A stretch of DNA of 40,993 nucleotides from a virus (IMGVR_UViG_3300017965_000006:1-40993); one strand, 5' to 3'; shown: positions 6,659 through 17,162, numbered from the stretch's first letter. Notes: generated by a model from the sequence alone, not told the origin. Numbers and translations are program-made.

Positions 6659-7134
6659 TGGATAGCTCCTTTGTACCTGTCGAGGATTTGGGTAAGGCGG
6701 TTGATCGCGCCGTCCATCTTGTCGAGATGGTCGTCATAGGCGGCGGCGTTGCGGTCCTCAAAAGCGCTCTTCGCCTTCTCGCGGTGATAGGTGATCTGGC
6801 ACCTCAGCGAGAGGGCGTTGCCTCCGTCATCCAGGAGGGCTATCTGTGCGAGGTTGGCGATGACCATGGGGCAGAAATTCGGATGCGCCGTGTCGGGACT
6901 GGTCGAAGCCGGAAGCCTGCCGGTCTCGAAATAGTCGGCTAGCCTGTTGCCCTCGGACGTCGCGAGCCTCACCTTGTCGCTTAGCCGCTCCTCGGTGATC
7001 ACGACAGGCTGGGCCTGTTGCTGGGCCGTACTGCCCGCCACCGCGCCGCCGAGAGTCGCCACCCCCATCATGATCTCGCGAGCCCCACACCCCCCGAGCA
7101 ACAGGGGAACGAGTAGCAGAGTGAGCCTTTTCAT
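6655..7134 (-). CDS. Lipoprotein in lysis-cassette position (spanin-like role possible)
   Basis: MKRLTLLLVPLLLGGC lipobox; AAGGAG RBS; ATGA overlap with the upstream gene. Confidence 0.75.
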   Translation of the reverse strand: MKRLTLLLVPLLLGGCGAREIMMGVATLGGAVAGSTAQQQAQPVVITEERLSDKVRLATSEGNRLADYFETGRLPASTSPDTAHPNFCPMVIANLAQIALLDDGGNALSLRCQITYHREKAKSAFEDRNAAAYDDHLDKMDGAINRLTQILDRYKGAIQ

Positions 7135-7529
7135 TGGAGGTCTCCTTGGTTGGATTTCGACTGCTTTCGGCTGCCTTCGCACCTGTAATCGCTCCCACGA
7201 TCGCACGGCGTGACGTACCGCCCCTCCGCCTGGCTCCATCCGGCGCGCTCACAAGTCGGACCTTCACTGGTCCAGTCTGTGGCTCCCTCCGGTCCGCAGA
7301 TGATATCGCCTAGGCGGTCAAGCTCGGCACGTGAGATGGTAAGCTCGTCCGGGTGGTCGTCTCTGTAGAAGGCGCGGCTCGTCGCGGCCGCGTAGACGTC
7401 ATCCGCCTGTTGCTCGAAGCCTCGAGCCCTTAGGTCGCTCGATATCTCCAGAAGACGCTCGACGTCGGCTTGAGGAAGGTCGTGAGGAGGGGCCACGCTC
7501 AAGAGCATGGCGAGGATGATGGTCTTCAT
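7131..7529 (-). CDS. Secreted hypothetical protein
   Basis: MKTIILAMLLSVA signal-like N-terminus; three Cys in the C-terminal half. Confidence 0.7.
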   Translation of the reverse strand: MKTIILAMLLSVAPPHDLPQADVERLLEISSDLRARGFEQQADDVYAAATSRAFYRDDHPDELTISRAELDRLGDIICGPEGATDWTSEGPTCERAGWSQAEGRYVTPCDRGSDYRCEGSRKQSKSNQGDLQ

Positions 7530-7591
7530 TGCTGCGACTCCATCAGACTGATACCGTCTATGCCGGCGTTCATTTTGCCCCTCTCACGGTC

Positions 7592-8080
7592 CTATTCCTC
7601 GGATTGGCTTAGATCCTGCGCCAACCTCCGAGCTGATCGAACCCGTTGAACGGACTGGCGTAGTTCCCCCGGGTTGTCCGCGACGTCAGCGAGAAATTTG
7701 CGCCAAGCGCGGGTGGCCAGATATTTGACGACATCCGACGCAGCGATGGCCAGGACAGCAGCCGTGAAGGCACGGAAATTCGGGTCGGTTATGCCGGCGA
7801 GGTCCACGATCACGGTTGCAGCCACCCCGACTGCACCCATCATCAGGCAGTGACCGAGGACTTGGCGTAAGGTAAACTTCTGGTCGAGCGCCATCATTCG
7901 ACCGAACTTCGCCGCGGTCCCTACGACCAGCCCGAGCAGGATCGCGCCATGCTTGGCAAAGAAGGTGGCGAGCGCCACACCTACTCCGGACACGGAAAGC
8001 GACTCACTTGCTTCTCCATGGGGTGAGTGCGCCGCCCTGGCGAAGACTGCCCCTTCCCGTTCACTTCCGATGCTCGACAC
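7592..8080 (-). CDS. Putative holin
   Basis: About three hydrophobic segments, charged C-terminus, located after the virion genes; start uncertain. Confidence 0.6.
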   Translation of the reverse strand: MSSIGSEREGAVFARAAHSPHGEASESLSVSGVGVALATFFAKHGAILLGLVVGTAAKFGRMMALDQKFTLRQVLGHCLMMGAVGVAATVIVDLAGITDPNFRAFTAAVLAIAASDVVKYLATRAWRKFLADVADNPGELRQSVQRVRSARRLAQDLSQSEE

Positions 8081-8149
8081 GGCTATTCCGGACCAAGATC
8101 ATTGTTGATCGCCCCCGCCTACACCAATAGACGAAAATCAACAACAAGG

Positions 8150-11100
8150 CTAGTGGTCTTTGGACCTTCTCTCCGCTTTGCGGGTGTCTAACCGGTCGCC
8201 GCTTCGGTCGTCCCCATCGCTGGCACGTTCGCCAGTTTCGGTGCCCTTTTCGCCAACGAACATGGCCGCGAATTCATCGGCGGCGACGGGGCTAGTGACG
8301 TAGCCGGTGGCCACGCCGGTAGTGCTGCTGAGGATGGGACCGCCGGGCGCAACGGACAGGGCGGCGCCAGCCCAAGGCGAGATGCCGAGGCGATAGGCAC
8401 CCTTGATCGCATTGAACTCAGTCGTGTTCGTCTTGGAGCTGTTCCGCACGAGGGGGGTCAGAACCGATTGCGTGTTGGCGGCGATATTGCCGATGGCAGG
8501 GCCGAGCGGGACGGCGGTTAAATCACGCTGATACTTGAGGCCCGTCACCCCCTGCACAACAGGATCGATCGGGGTCCCGAAAGTGCGAGTGATGCCCAGC
8601 CAGATAAGCTCCTCCTCGAGCGTCCCCTTCTCCTCGCGCTCTTTCCACCGCTCCCGGTTGGTCAGGAACTCGCGAAGGGTCGAGAAGACGAATTGACCAA
8701 GAAGCAGCAGCGCGGCGGCAGGGAGTATGCCGAAAGCGGCCTTCTCCGCTGCGTAGGCCGGTCCGCTGCGCTTTCCCTGCTCGATCGTGCGGACGAGCGA
8801 GCCTTTCAGCACATTCCGCCAGAAGGCGAAGTTGAAGGCCTGGATCCCGTACGCGAGCCGCCCAAGCCAGCCGCCGGCCGCCGCTTCGGGCCTGTCCATT
8901 ATCGTAGGGTTCTGAATGACCTGATCGACCATCCTAGCGACTGCCGTCACCCAATCGAAAGCGTAGGGATTCTTGCCGTCCATCGCGGCGGCGAGTTCGT
9001 CCACGGTCGGCAGTCGGCCCGTCGCGCGGATCTCGCGGGCGAACGCCTCCGGGTCTCGAATGCCGAGCTCCTTCATGCGAGCGACGGCTTCCTGCAGATC
9101 CTTATAGGCGCGGCTCTTGGTATTGAGCTCTCCTTCAGCGTTGCGCGCCCTCGGATCAAGCACGCGACCCGCCAAGGCATCCAGAAACGCGTGGGCGGGA
9201 GCGATCATGTGCGTTCGCTGGGCCTGGGTGAGCTTGACCAGCCCGCTCTTGTAGAACATTTTCGCGGCGATGCGGTCCCAGCGCGTCATGTCGCCGTAGG
9301 TCCCGCCGAAGCGGTTCAGAATGATTTCGTGGCCACCGTACGCCTGAATGATGCCCATGAACCGGGCCAGCTCCCGCCTTTCCTTGGCGCCGGCCGTGCT
9401 CAGAGCGCCTTCGACCAGCGCGACGAAGGCTTTCACGCCATGCTGAGGCCCGCCCATCACAATGCCCGCAGCGAGCGCTTCGGCCAGCGAGGAGAAGACG
9501 GCGCGGGGCAGAAGCGCGATGGTGCCGTAGATCGTTTGGATGGCAGAGGCGAAGGAGTTGACCGCCGGTGACAGCCTGTTCGCCGAGCGTCCCGTCACCA
9601 GCGTAACAATGCGGTCGATGTCCTCGATTGCCTGGCTGGGCACGCCCTCGCCCGCCATCTTCTCATACATCCGACGCAGCTTCGCGTTGTCTTGCCCGAA
9701 GCGCGTAGCGTACTCGATCCGACGTGCCGCCTGGGTTGCATAGGTGGCCATCACCTCGACAGGATCGTTGATGTAGTAGTCTTCCAGAAGCTTATCAGTC
9801 TCCGGGGGCAGTGAGCGCTTCTTGCTGAAATCGTGGCCCGGGCCCCGCTTATCGAACTCGTCCGGCGAGGCAGTCTTGATCCGAAGGAGCCAGTCGTCAG
9901 CTGACTGCTTGGCGAACGCGGAACGCACCGGGTCGAACAGCTCCCCCATCGCATCCTCGAGCTGAGCCGATACGACATCCATTTTGGCGAGCACGGCAGC
10001 TGGGTCGTCGGAGTCCTTCATCGACGCATCAAGCTGCTTGAGCCGCCGCAGGAGGTCGACCACGGGCTTCACGTCGAGGCCGGCATGTGTCTTCGCAAGC
10101 TGCCGCGCCAAGCGAAGGAAATCGGTCAGCTTGTCACCGTCGCTTAGGATGTCCTTCGGTTGACCGAAACGCCGGTCGAAGACGATTTCGTAGACCTGGG
10201 CTGCTCGCTCCAGAAAACCCTTGTTGTCGGCCTCCAGCTTCGGAAGATCCAGCATCCGAGCCAGATGGCCGTTCCGAGTGTAGCCGACGTCGATGCCGGC
10301 TCGCTGAAGGTCGTAGAAGATATTGTCGGAAAGGCGGCGAAGGCCGGCTGCCAGCTTCACCAGCCGCTCGGGGGCGCCCGGAGACTCTTCGCTGATTAGG
10401 AGGTCGCGGACAACCTTCGCCTCGGCAATCGTCAACTCCTTGCGCACGCCGCCGGTCCTGGGCGGGCCGTGCTGCTCAAGAATGCGATCGATGGTGTTGA
10501 CGTAATTGTTCACCCTGAGGTCCGTCGCCAAGAGCAAGCCGCGGGGCGCGAATTTGCCTTCGCCCGTGTTGTGGGTGAGCATGTCGTGAAGAAGCCGAAT
10601 GGTAGGCGACTTATGCCGCTTCCCGATCATCTTCATCCGAGCCGTCAGCCCGTATGCGAAGTAGCTGAGGATGTCATGTCCGGACTGGAGTGGTGTCCGG
10701 GGATTGGACGGCCGGCCCTCCGCCATCTTCTCCCGCCGAATCCGGAAGTCCTCGAACGCCGCCAACTCTTTCGCCGCCATCCGCTCCCACCAAGTCGAGT
10801 CTGTCTCTGCCGGGGCGGGCTGCGACAGGTCTGCCCGGGTGGTAGTGACGGCTTCGGGGACGGCGGCCACGCCCTTGCCCAGGTGCTCTTCGGCGGCAAG
10901 GTGCCTGAACAGGACGTCGTATGCGGCGAATATCAGCTCGCGCTCTACGCCTTTGGGAAACGTCTTGGCGAAGCGCTCATCGGCAGTCGACAGATAGGCC
11001 GCATCGCCCTTACCGATGAACTCGGTCGAGAACCCGGCAAGCTCTGCTCGGTAGGAGACATACGCCTCGAAGGAGCGAGCCAGCATTTCGGTCGGGCTGG

Positions 11101-14100
11101 TCCAGTAGTCGCCGCCGGGGCCATCAAAAATCTGAGCTCCGCGATAGAAAGCCGTTCGGCCTTCCTTCATTTGTGAGGAGCCGGCCCGGATGTTATCGAT
11201 CTGGGTCTGGAATCGCGCTTTCTGCGAGGGCGCCTTTGTGGCCGCAATCTTGGCCTCCAATTCCAGGATCCGGGCAGAGAGCGCGGCCCGGTCGAAAAAC
11301 ACGACGTTCAAGAGGTCGATGAAGGCTTCGCGGACGTTCCGGCTGGGTGCCAGCGGGCCATCCGCCATTTTCTCGCCCCGCTTCCGGATAGCGCCAGAAA
11401 ACCCGTGGCCTTGGCCATCTCCCAGCTTTCGGAGCAGATACCAGTCGAGCCCGTGCTTCCATTCGTGGGCGAAGCTGTTGGACCGCCCGGGCAGGGTGAT
11501 GGTGTCTGTTCCGGTCTCGAACATGCCCAGAAACCGACCCCGCTTCTGGAGCTTGAGACTCAGCCTCCCGCCCAGGCTGATGCCCTTGGCGGGGATGCCC
11601 AGAATGTGCGCCATTCCCTGCACGTTCTGAAACGCATCGAGCATCTGGTCGATCGCGAACCGGTCCTGCATCCCAGCCTTCACGTCCACACGAACCCCGA
11701 ACGTGTCGAACATGACACGCTTGAGAAGCGCGATTTGCCTCGGGGCGGGCAGCAACCGGAACTTGTCCGGATCCACACCGGCCGCCAAGGCGGCTGTGTC
11801 GTAGATCGAAGTTCGACTGGTGAAGCTTTCGGTGGCGAACTCCGGGTCATAGGGTCCGGCATCGTGCAGCTCGCGACCAACTTCATAGGCCCGCGCTGGG
11901 TTGTCGGGCTCGGCCGGTTCCAAATCTTCGTCTTTGATCGACGCCGCCGGATGCCGGTCAATCACCGGTTCCACTGTCCTATCGCGAACCACGGGCCCGG
12001 AGGTCGAACTAGCGTCCGCTACTGCGCCGCGCCGCCGCCCAGGGGCTCTGTCTTCGGCAGCCACGGAGTCGGGAGGGGGACGGCGAGTGAAGCTTGGCGT
12101 GGGAGGGATGGGGCTCCCGCCCCCGAACAAGCTGCCCGTGCCGTCGCCATCCCGACCCTGCAACAGGCGCTCGAGGATTTCCGCGGGCCCGATGTCCCGA
12201 ACGGCAAAAAGCTTGGGGGTGGTCGTGTGCTCCGAGGCGCGCCGGACATATCCAGCGAGGACATCGCCTATCGCGCTGCGTCCGAGTGCGCGGGCCAGGC
12301 CGGCATCATAGAAGGCCCGAATGAACTGCTCCGTCACCGGGTCGACGTCACCGAACATTCCTGTCTGCGAAAGCAGGTCTCCGATCTTGGCGCCCCTCGC
12401 GCGCGCATCGCTGACGATCCGTGCCGCCTCGACCAGACGTTCGGTGACGTCGTATGTGGGCTTCACTCGGCCTTCCTTGACGTCGGCCCGGAGTCGAGAC
12501 CACGCCGCCGAGACATCGAGAAGGGCGCCACCAATGGACCGAATGTTCGTGTCCCGGCTCTCCACCAGCTTCTCGAGCAATTCCGGACTTTCGTAGGCCC
12601 TGGCCATCAAGGCGTTTTCGACCCGCCGTAGCCCGGCCTGGCTGAGCTGGTTGTTGCTGTCGATAAAACCGGCGACTTCGCCCGCCGGAAGCCGCCGCTT
12701 GAAGGCGGTGACGAATGGTGCGTTTTCTGCCTTGCCGATGTCCCCGCCGCGGTAAAGGGCCAGCGTGTCAGCGTCGAGGCCGTCCGCGTCACTACGCGCT
12801 GTCTCTGTGGCGGTCATGGACAGTTTCGCGTCTTTGTTGCTGTCGACGACAAACTGGCGGCGCTGGTCGTCCGTGAATTCGGTCGTGCGGCGACGGATCA
12901 AGACTGGCCGCTCCATCCCCACAGTGCTGTGACCCTGGCTTTCGATGAAAGCGCGATAGGCGGCGGCCTTTTCGGGATGCCCCTCAAATATGCGATTCAG
13001 GGCCATCACCCTGCCATTGCCGCTCTCGACCACATCGTCGGGACCAACGATGGGCGCCCCTCGATCGCTCTCAGGCGCGTCACCCAGGCGCGTCGGGTCG
13101 AACCCCGACACTATGTCTTGAATCTGAAGATCGGTGGATCCTCGGCTTCGGTCTCGGTTCTGAAGCTGGCCTTCGGCCGCGCGCAAGGTGCTGGCGTCCA
13201 CGACCTCGAAGCGAGTACGAACCTTGTTCCCTGCGGGAGTGGTGACGTAGGCCTCTCCGTCCTGAAGGGCCCCCGGATCCGGACGAACCTCTTTCGGCGC
13301 CATCGGGGGCGCTACGGGCTCAGGGGCGGGCGGTGAGGCTCTGGGCGGGGTCGCAGGCTCCCGTTGCGCCCTCAGTGGCACTGGCGGCTCGGCCGAGACC
13401 GGAGGCTCGGCCTCTGGTTGAGGAGCGGGCTCGGGTGCCGCCGCCTCCTCCGCGCCAGCGCGAGCACGCCGACGCAAGACGGCTCGCGGGCTGTTCGCGT
13501 CCCACGCGCCAATCTCGTAGTCTCCGGCCAATTCGTTCCGAACTGCGAAGTCGGCGGCCTCGCGGGCATTCTTGAACGCCACCGGCGCCCCATCCGCGCC
13601 AGCTATGATGCCGTCTTCGGTGTGAGCCCAGCCGCCATCGGCTGCGGCAGGCTGCTCGCTGAAAGCGCCGTGAAGCTGCTCCGCCGCATCCGCATTGGCG
13701 CGGCGGGCTTCGTAGTCGGCCGCCATGCGCGCCGCTTTGGCTGCACGATCGGCCCGAAGGCGAATCGCCACGTCGAGCGGTGCGAAGAGAGCTTGAGAAC
13801 CGAAGGCAACGGCTCCCTCGGCCTCGCTGGTTTCCCGGCCAATCGCGGCATTGCCCGCTATGACCGCGGCGAGGTTACCAGTGCCCTGGATGCCAGCCTG
13901 CACCCCGACATTTCCAAGTTGGCCGACCGGCCCTCTGAACGGGGCAATCGGCAGGAGCGCGCCGGCCGCTGCGGAAACCGGCAATTCGGCCAGTGTTTGC
14001 ACCACACCGAGCCGAGCCGCATCCTGCACGCCGGCCCCCTCTGAAGCGCGCGCCGCAACGTTGTCGCCGGCATGGGCTGCGGTAATGCCAGCGTTGAACC

Positions 14101-14977
14101 CAGCGCCCGCCGTTCCGATCCGCGCCCTTGCTGCGGCCTGAGCGCCGATCCGGACGGCCACGTTCTCCAGGAGGGGCGCGGCCAAGGTCTGCGCCCCCTT
14201 GGACGCGAGACCACCAACGACCAAGCTTGGAAGCGCCTCGGTCAGCACATGCGGAAGCGCCGACGGGTTCTGGATCAAGGTGTTTCCGAACGCTTCGACG
14301 CCGCCCGTGAAATCCGGGGCCGCCTCGTAACGCCTTCCGGCGAGCTCGAGGCGGGGGTCCATCGGCAAGCTGTTGAGCCTGGCGATGCTCGACGCGAGAA
14401 CCCCGCGCGCTCCATCCGGCTGCATACCGAGGTAGCGAGTGCCAAATTCGTTGATGCTGTCGACTGGCCCGTCGCCGACGATCTTTCGGACGCCAGTTTC
14501 CAACCCGTAGGGAAGAAGGTCCAAGGTCGTGCCAAGGCCCGCCAGCCCGCGCTCCAGATTCTGGCGGAAACCCGGCACCGGCGGCGGCGACGGAGACTCC
14601 CCAGGCGGCCCAAAGTTCGGCGCTGGATGACCGCTCGCCATTGTCTTCCGGCGGGCGGGGAGAGCCCTGCGAGGTGAGGGCTGCTGAAAAGGTCGCGGCG
14701 GCGCAGCGCCTTCCGGTGGTCCGAAGTTGGGCACGATATGACCGCTCGCGGACACTCGTCCTGAGCTTGACGCTTGGTCGTCGGGCCCCATCCGCCCCCA
14801 ATCGAACCGCGGACCCGACCGGACAGGCGCCGGGCGCGGAGCTGGCGTCGGACGTGGGGCAGGAGCCGGGACCTTGCCTCGCAAGTGGTCCTGCACAGCC
14901 TTGTCCATGATCGCATCCGGCGTTTCGTCAGGAAACTCCAGAATTGTCCCGTCAGCGAGCTGCGCTTGCTTGGTCAC
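8150..14977 (-). CDS. Large internal virion/ejection polyvalent protein (DdrB-like ParB domain plus LPD1 metallopeptidase-like domain)
   Basis: QNRDRSR...GAPIVGPDDVVESGNGR (ParB-like); FAHEWKHGLD...YWTSPTEMLARSFEAYV (LPD1, HExxH); position follows the other ejection genes. Confidence 0.8.
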   Translation of the reverse strand: MTKQAQLADGTILEFPDETPDAIMDKAVQDHLRGKVPAPAPRPTPAPRPAPVRSGPRFDWGRMGPDDQASSSGRVSASGHIVPNFGPPEGAAPPRPFQQPSPRRALPARRKTMASGHPAPNFGPPGESPSPPPVPGFRQNLERGLAGLGTTLDLLPYGLETGVRKIVGDGPVDSINEFGTRYLGMQPDGARGVLASSIARLNSLPMDPRLELAGRRYEAAPDFTGGVEAFGNTLIQNPSALPHVLTEALPSLVVGGLASKGAQTLAAPLLENVAVRIGAQAAARARIGTAGAGFNAGITAAHAGDNVAARASEGAGVQDAARLGVVQTLAELPVSAAAGALLPIAPFRGPVGQLGNVGVQAGIQGTGNLAAVIAGNAAIGRETSEAEGAVAFGSQALFAPLDVAIRLRADRAAKAARMAADYEARRANADAAEQLHGAFSEQPAAADGGWAHTEDGIIAGADGAPVAFKNAREAADFAVRNELAGDYEIGAWDANSPRAVLRRRARAGAEEAAAPEPAPQPEAEPPVSAEPPVPLRAQREPATPPRASPPAPEPVAPPMAPKEVRPDPGALQDGEAYVTTPAGNKVRTRFEVVDASTLRAAEGQLQNRDRSRGSTDLQIQDIVSGFDPTRLGDAPESDRGAPIVGPDDVVESGNGRVMALNRIFEGHPEKAAAYRAFIESQGHSTVGMERPVLIRRRTTEFTDDQRRQFVVDSNKDAKLSMTATETARSDADGLDADTLALYRGGDIGKAENAPFVTAFKRRLPAGEVAGFIDSNNQLSQAGLRRVENALMARAYESPELLEKLVESRDTNIRSIGGALLDVSAAWSRLRADVKEGRVKPTYDVTERLVEAARIVSDARARGAKIGDLLSQTGMFGDVDPVTEQFIRAFYDAGLARALGRSAIGDVLAGYVRRASEHTTTPKLFAVRDIGPAEILERLLQGRDGDGTGSLFGGGSPIPPTPSFTRRPPPDSVAAEDRAPGRRRGAVADASSTSGPVVRDRTVEPVIDRHPAASIKDEDLEPAEPDNPARAYEVGRELHDAGPYDPEFATESFTSRTSIYDTAALAAGVDPDKFRLLPAPRQIALLKRVMFDTFGVRVDVKAGMQDRFAIDQMLDAFQNVQGMAHILGIPAKGISLGGRLSLKLQKRGRFLGMFETGTDTITLPGRSNSFAHEWKHGLDWYLLRKLGDGQGHGFSGAIRKRGEKMADGPLAPSRNVREAFIDLLNVVFFDRAALSARILELEAKIAATKAPSQKARFQTQIDNIRAGSSQMKEGRTAFYRGAQIFDGPGGDYWTSPTEMLARSFEAYVSYRAELAGFSTEFIGKGDAAYLSTADERFAKTFPKGVERELIFAAYDVLFRHLAAEEHLGKGVAAVPEAVTTTRADLSQPAPAETDSTWWERMAAKELAAFEDFRIRREKMAEGRPSNPRTPLQSGHDILSYFAYGLTARMKMIGKRHKSPTIRLLHDMLTHNTGEGKFAPRGLLLATDLRVNNYVNTIDRILEQHGPPRTGGVRKELTIAEAKVVRDLLISEESPGAPERLVKLAAGLRRLSDNIFYDLQRAGIDVGYTRNGHLARMLDLPKLEADNKGFLERAAQVYEIVFDRRFGQPKDILSDGDKLTDFLRLARQLAKTHAGLDVKPVVDLLRRLKQLDASMKDSDDPAAVLAKMDVVSAQLEDAMGELFDPVRSAFAKQSADDWLLRIKTASPDEFDKRGPGHDFSKKRSLPPETDKLLEDYYINDPVEVMATYATQAARRIEYATRFGQDNAKLRRMYEKMAGEGVPSQAIEDIDRIVTLVTGRSANRLSPAVNSFASAIQTIYGTIALLPRAVFSSLAEALAAGIVMGGPQHGVKAFVALVEGALSTAGAKERRELARFMGIIQAYGGHEIILNRFGGTYGDMTRWDRIAAKMFYKSGLVKLTQAQRTHMIAPAHAFLDALAGRVLDPRARNAEGELNTKSRAYKDLQEAVARMKELGIRDPEAFAREIRATGRLPTVDELAAAMDGKNPYAFDWVTAVARMVDQVIQNPTIMDRPEAAAGGWLGRLAYGIQAFNFAFWRNVLKGSLVRTIEQGKRSGPAYAAEKAAFGILPAAALLLLGQFVFSTLREFLTNRERWKEREEKGTLEEELIWLGITRTFGTPIDPVVQGVTGLKYQRDLTAVPLGPAIGNIAANTQSVLTPLVRNSSKTNTTEFNAIKGAYRLGISPWAGAALSVAPGGPILSSTTGVATGYVTSPVAADEFAAMFVGEKGTETGERASDGDDRSGDRLDTRKAERRSKDH

Positions 14978-16461
14978 GAGACACGACGACCCTGCGCATC
15001 GTACCGGATAACGCGCGGGGCGGCGCGAGCTGGGGCGGGGCGGCCCTTGACGGCCGGCTTCGGCCCTGCCGGCGCTTCCTTACGCTCAATCAGGTAGCGC
15101 GCCTCGCGAAGGGCTTGGCTGACCGCCTGGGCGGGATTGCCGCCGTACTGATAGATGCTCACGGCACGGGTACGAAGCGCGGCCATCGCTCTCGGGGTGG
15201 TATTCCCGCCAAGCTGGGCGCGGATCTCCGCGTCGAAGTCGCCCATCTGCTTGACCGGCACAATCCGGGGAGCCGCTCGCCCGCCGGTGATGCCGAAATG
15301 CCAGTGCGTGCCCTCGTTCTTCGCTTCGACAACCCTCGCGCCCCGAGCGGCGGCGGCCTGGGATACGCGCTGCCTCGCCTGATCGAAGGTCATGCCTTTG
15401 ATGGGCCGGACATCCCAACCTTCGCCCGTGTAGTGCCAAGAATTCGCCGGTGGCGTCTTGCCGGGGTGTTGCTGAGCATAGATGCGCCGTGCTTCAGCGC
15501 GAGTACGCTCGTTATCCGTCACCATCGCTCCAGGTAGCGCGGCGCCGACGACTGTCTTGCCGATCCCGTTTCCGATTCTGGCGCCCGCCTTGTAGGTGAG
15601 TGTCCCGCTCGGGGTGTCGTGCTTGTAGATGGCGGTTTCTCTGGTGATGTCTTGGCCGCGGCGCGCGGTGGTTGCCGACACATCCTGTCCCCGTCGAGCC
15701 GTCGTCGCCGAAACGTCCTGTCCACGCCGCGCCGTGGAAGCGTCGACGTCGGTGTCGTAGCGCCGATCACCGGACTGGATATTCTCGACGTCCACAGCCT
15801 TGCGATATTCAGCATCATAGCCCTGGCGGGCGATGGCATCCCGTCGCTCTGGCGTGATGGCGAACCACTCTCCGGGGGTGTCGCCGGCACCGACAAGCCC
15901 ACGCCTCGCCAGTTCGTCGCCACCCGCAAAGGCAGAAACCGCCCTGACTACTTCGTCTGGCTGGTCGACATCCCCCCGGATTAGCGCGCCCAGCAAGGCG
16001 GGCAGCCCTTCCCGAAAAGCGTCGACGTCGTTTGTCGCCGTAGGCATTGGCACGGGCGGCGTGGCGATGATCGGGCCCGGTGGCAGGCCGAGCTCTTGCC
16101 GGGAGGCCGCTTCCAGATCGGGCAGCAGCCGAGCCGTCCAGTCTCCATCCGCGCCGCCGGCCGGGGATAGGGCCATTGGCGCGGATGAAGCTCGAATGAG
16201 GTTGGCGATTATTCCGCCGACGCCCTCGCGGCCCTCGTACTTCTGGGTCTCTCCCATGGCTTGGGCATGGTAGTAGCCGCCGCGCTCCCGATCCGCGTTG
16301 GCGCCAGCCAGGAGCGCATCGATCTTGGCTTCCTCAGCTTGCTTTTCGCGAGCTGCGGTCGGGTCACCGAATAGCGCCGTCACTAGGTTCTGCCCGAGCG
16401 CGCCCCATGTCGGATCGGTCGGGTACGGGCTACTGCGGAAGGGGTTCTCGAAGCGGGCCAT
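14974..16461 (-). CDS. Internal virion protein with RRGQD repeats and M15/LAS-type peptidase motif
   Basis: TARRGQD three times at 11-aa period; NSWHYTGEGWD...HWH zinc-ligand pattern. Confidence 0.75.
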   Translation of the reverse strand: MARFENPFRSSPYPTDPTWGALGQNLVTALFGDPTAAREKQAEEAKIDALLAGANADRERGGYYHAQAMGETQKYEGREGVGGIIANLIRASSAPMALSPAGGADGDWTARLLPDLEAASRQELGLPPGPIIATPPVPMPTATNDVDAFREGLPALLGALIRGDVDQPDEVVRAVSAFAGGDELARRGLVGAGDTPGEWFAITPERRDAIARQGYDAEYRKAVDVENIQSGDRRYDTDVDASTARRGQDVSATTARRGQDVSATTARRGQDITRETAIYKHDTPSGTLTYKAGARIGNGIGKTVVGAALPGAMVTDNERTRAEARRIYAQQHPGKTPPANSWHYTGEGWDVRPIKGMTFDQARQRVSQAAAARGARVVEAKNEGTHWHFGITGGRAAPRIVPVKQMGDFDAEIRAQLGGNTTPRAMAALRTRAVSIYQYGGNPAQAVSQALREARYLIERKEAPAGPKPAVKGRPAPARAAPRVIRYDAQGRRVS

Positions 16462-17162
16462 CAGATCGACACCGGCGGGAGTCGGTGAAGCAATGCCGCA
16501 ATGTCAGTCTTGGGCATCAGGAAGGGCGATTTCGCCTTGAGAATGCTGTCGGAGATACCCCCGGCCGAGCTCAGCCCTTCCGGGGCGCCCGCCATTGCCA
16601 TGCCGAGCTGCTGTGCCAAGGAGCCCAACCCGCGAAGGAACGAACCCTTCTGGGCCGCCGCTTGCAACTCTGCGTCGAGGACGCTTGCCGAGCCGGCTTT
16701 GAAGCTGCCAATCTGGTTGATAGCGCTGGCGTTCCGTCCGCTGGCGATATTCGTAGCGAGCACTTGGTCGCCAGTCCCTCCCAGCCGGGCCAGCGCCGCC
16801 GCGAGGGCGCTACTCGCCACGTGCCGAGCGGCAGATGACCGATCCGACGCCACCTTCACGACCGATGGCGCGCTCGAGGAGCCCGGAAGGTATGCGCCAG
16901 GGCTCGCCTGGGGAGCGATGACGGCCGCCAAGGCCGAATTCCGGGCGGCGGAAGCCCTTTCCTGCTCCGCCGGGTCCTGCAAGTCGCGAGCGTGCTCAAG
17001 CGTGTCCTCGAACCGCCCCTGCTGCTGATTTGTGAACGCGGTCTGGCGACTCTTCTCCGCCATCAGGCGACGGTTCTGAGCGTTCTGAGCCTGCTTGTTG
17101 CCGAGGAACGTAAGCCCTCCGGCCAAGCCGCTGAGCGCAAGGGGGAGCAGCGGGATACACAT
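16461..17162 (-). CDS. Internal virion (ejection) protein
   Basis: MCIPLLPLALSGLAGG N-terminus, Ala/Gln-rich; GGAGG RBS; start at 17162 preferred. Confidence 0.7.
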   Translation of the reverse strand: MCIPLLPLALSGLAGGLTFLGNKQAQNAQNRRLMAEKSRQTAFTNQQQGRFEDTLEHARDLQDPAEQERASAARNSALAAVIAPQASPGAYLPGSSSAPSVVKVASDRSSAARHVASSALAAALARLGGTGDQVLATNIASGRNASAINQIGSFKAGSASVLDAELQAAAQKGSFLRGLGSLAQQLGMAMAGAPEGLSSAGGISDSILKAKSPFLMPKTDIAALLHRLPPVSI

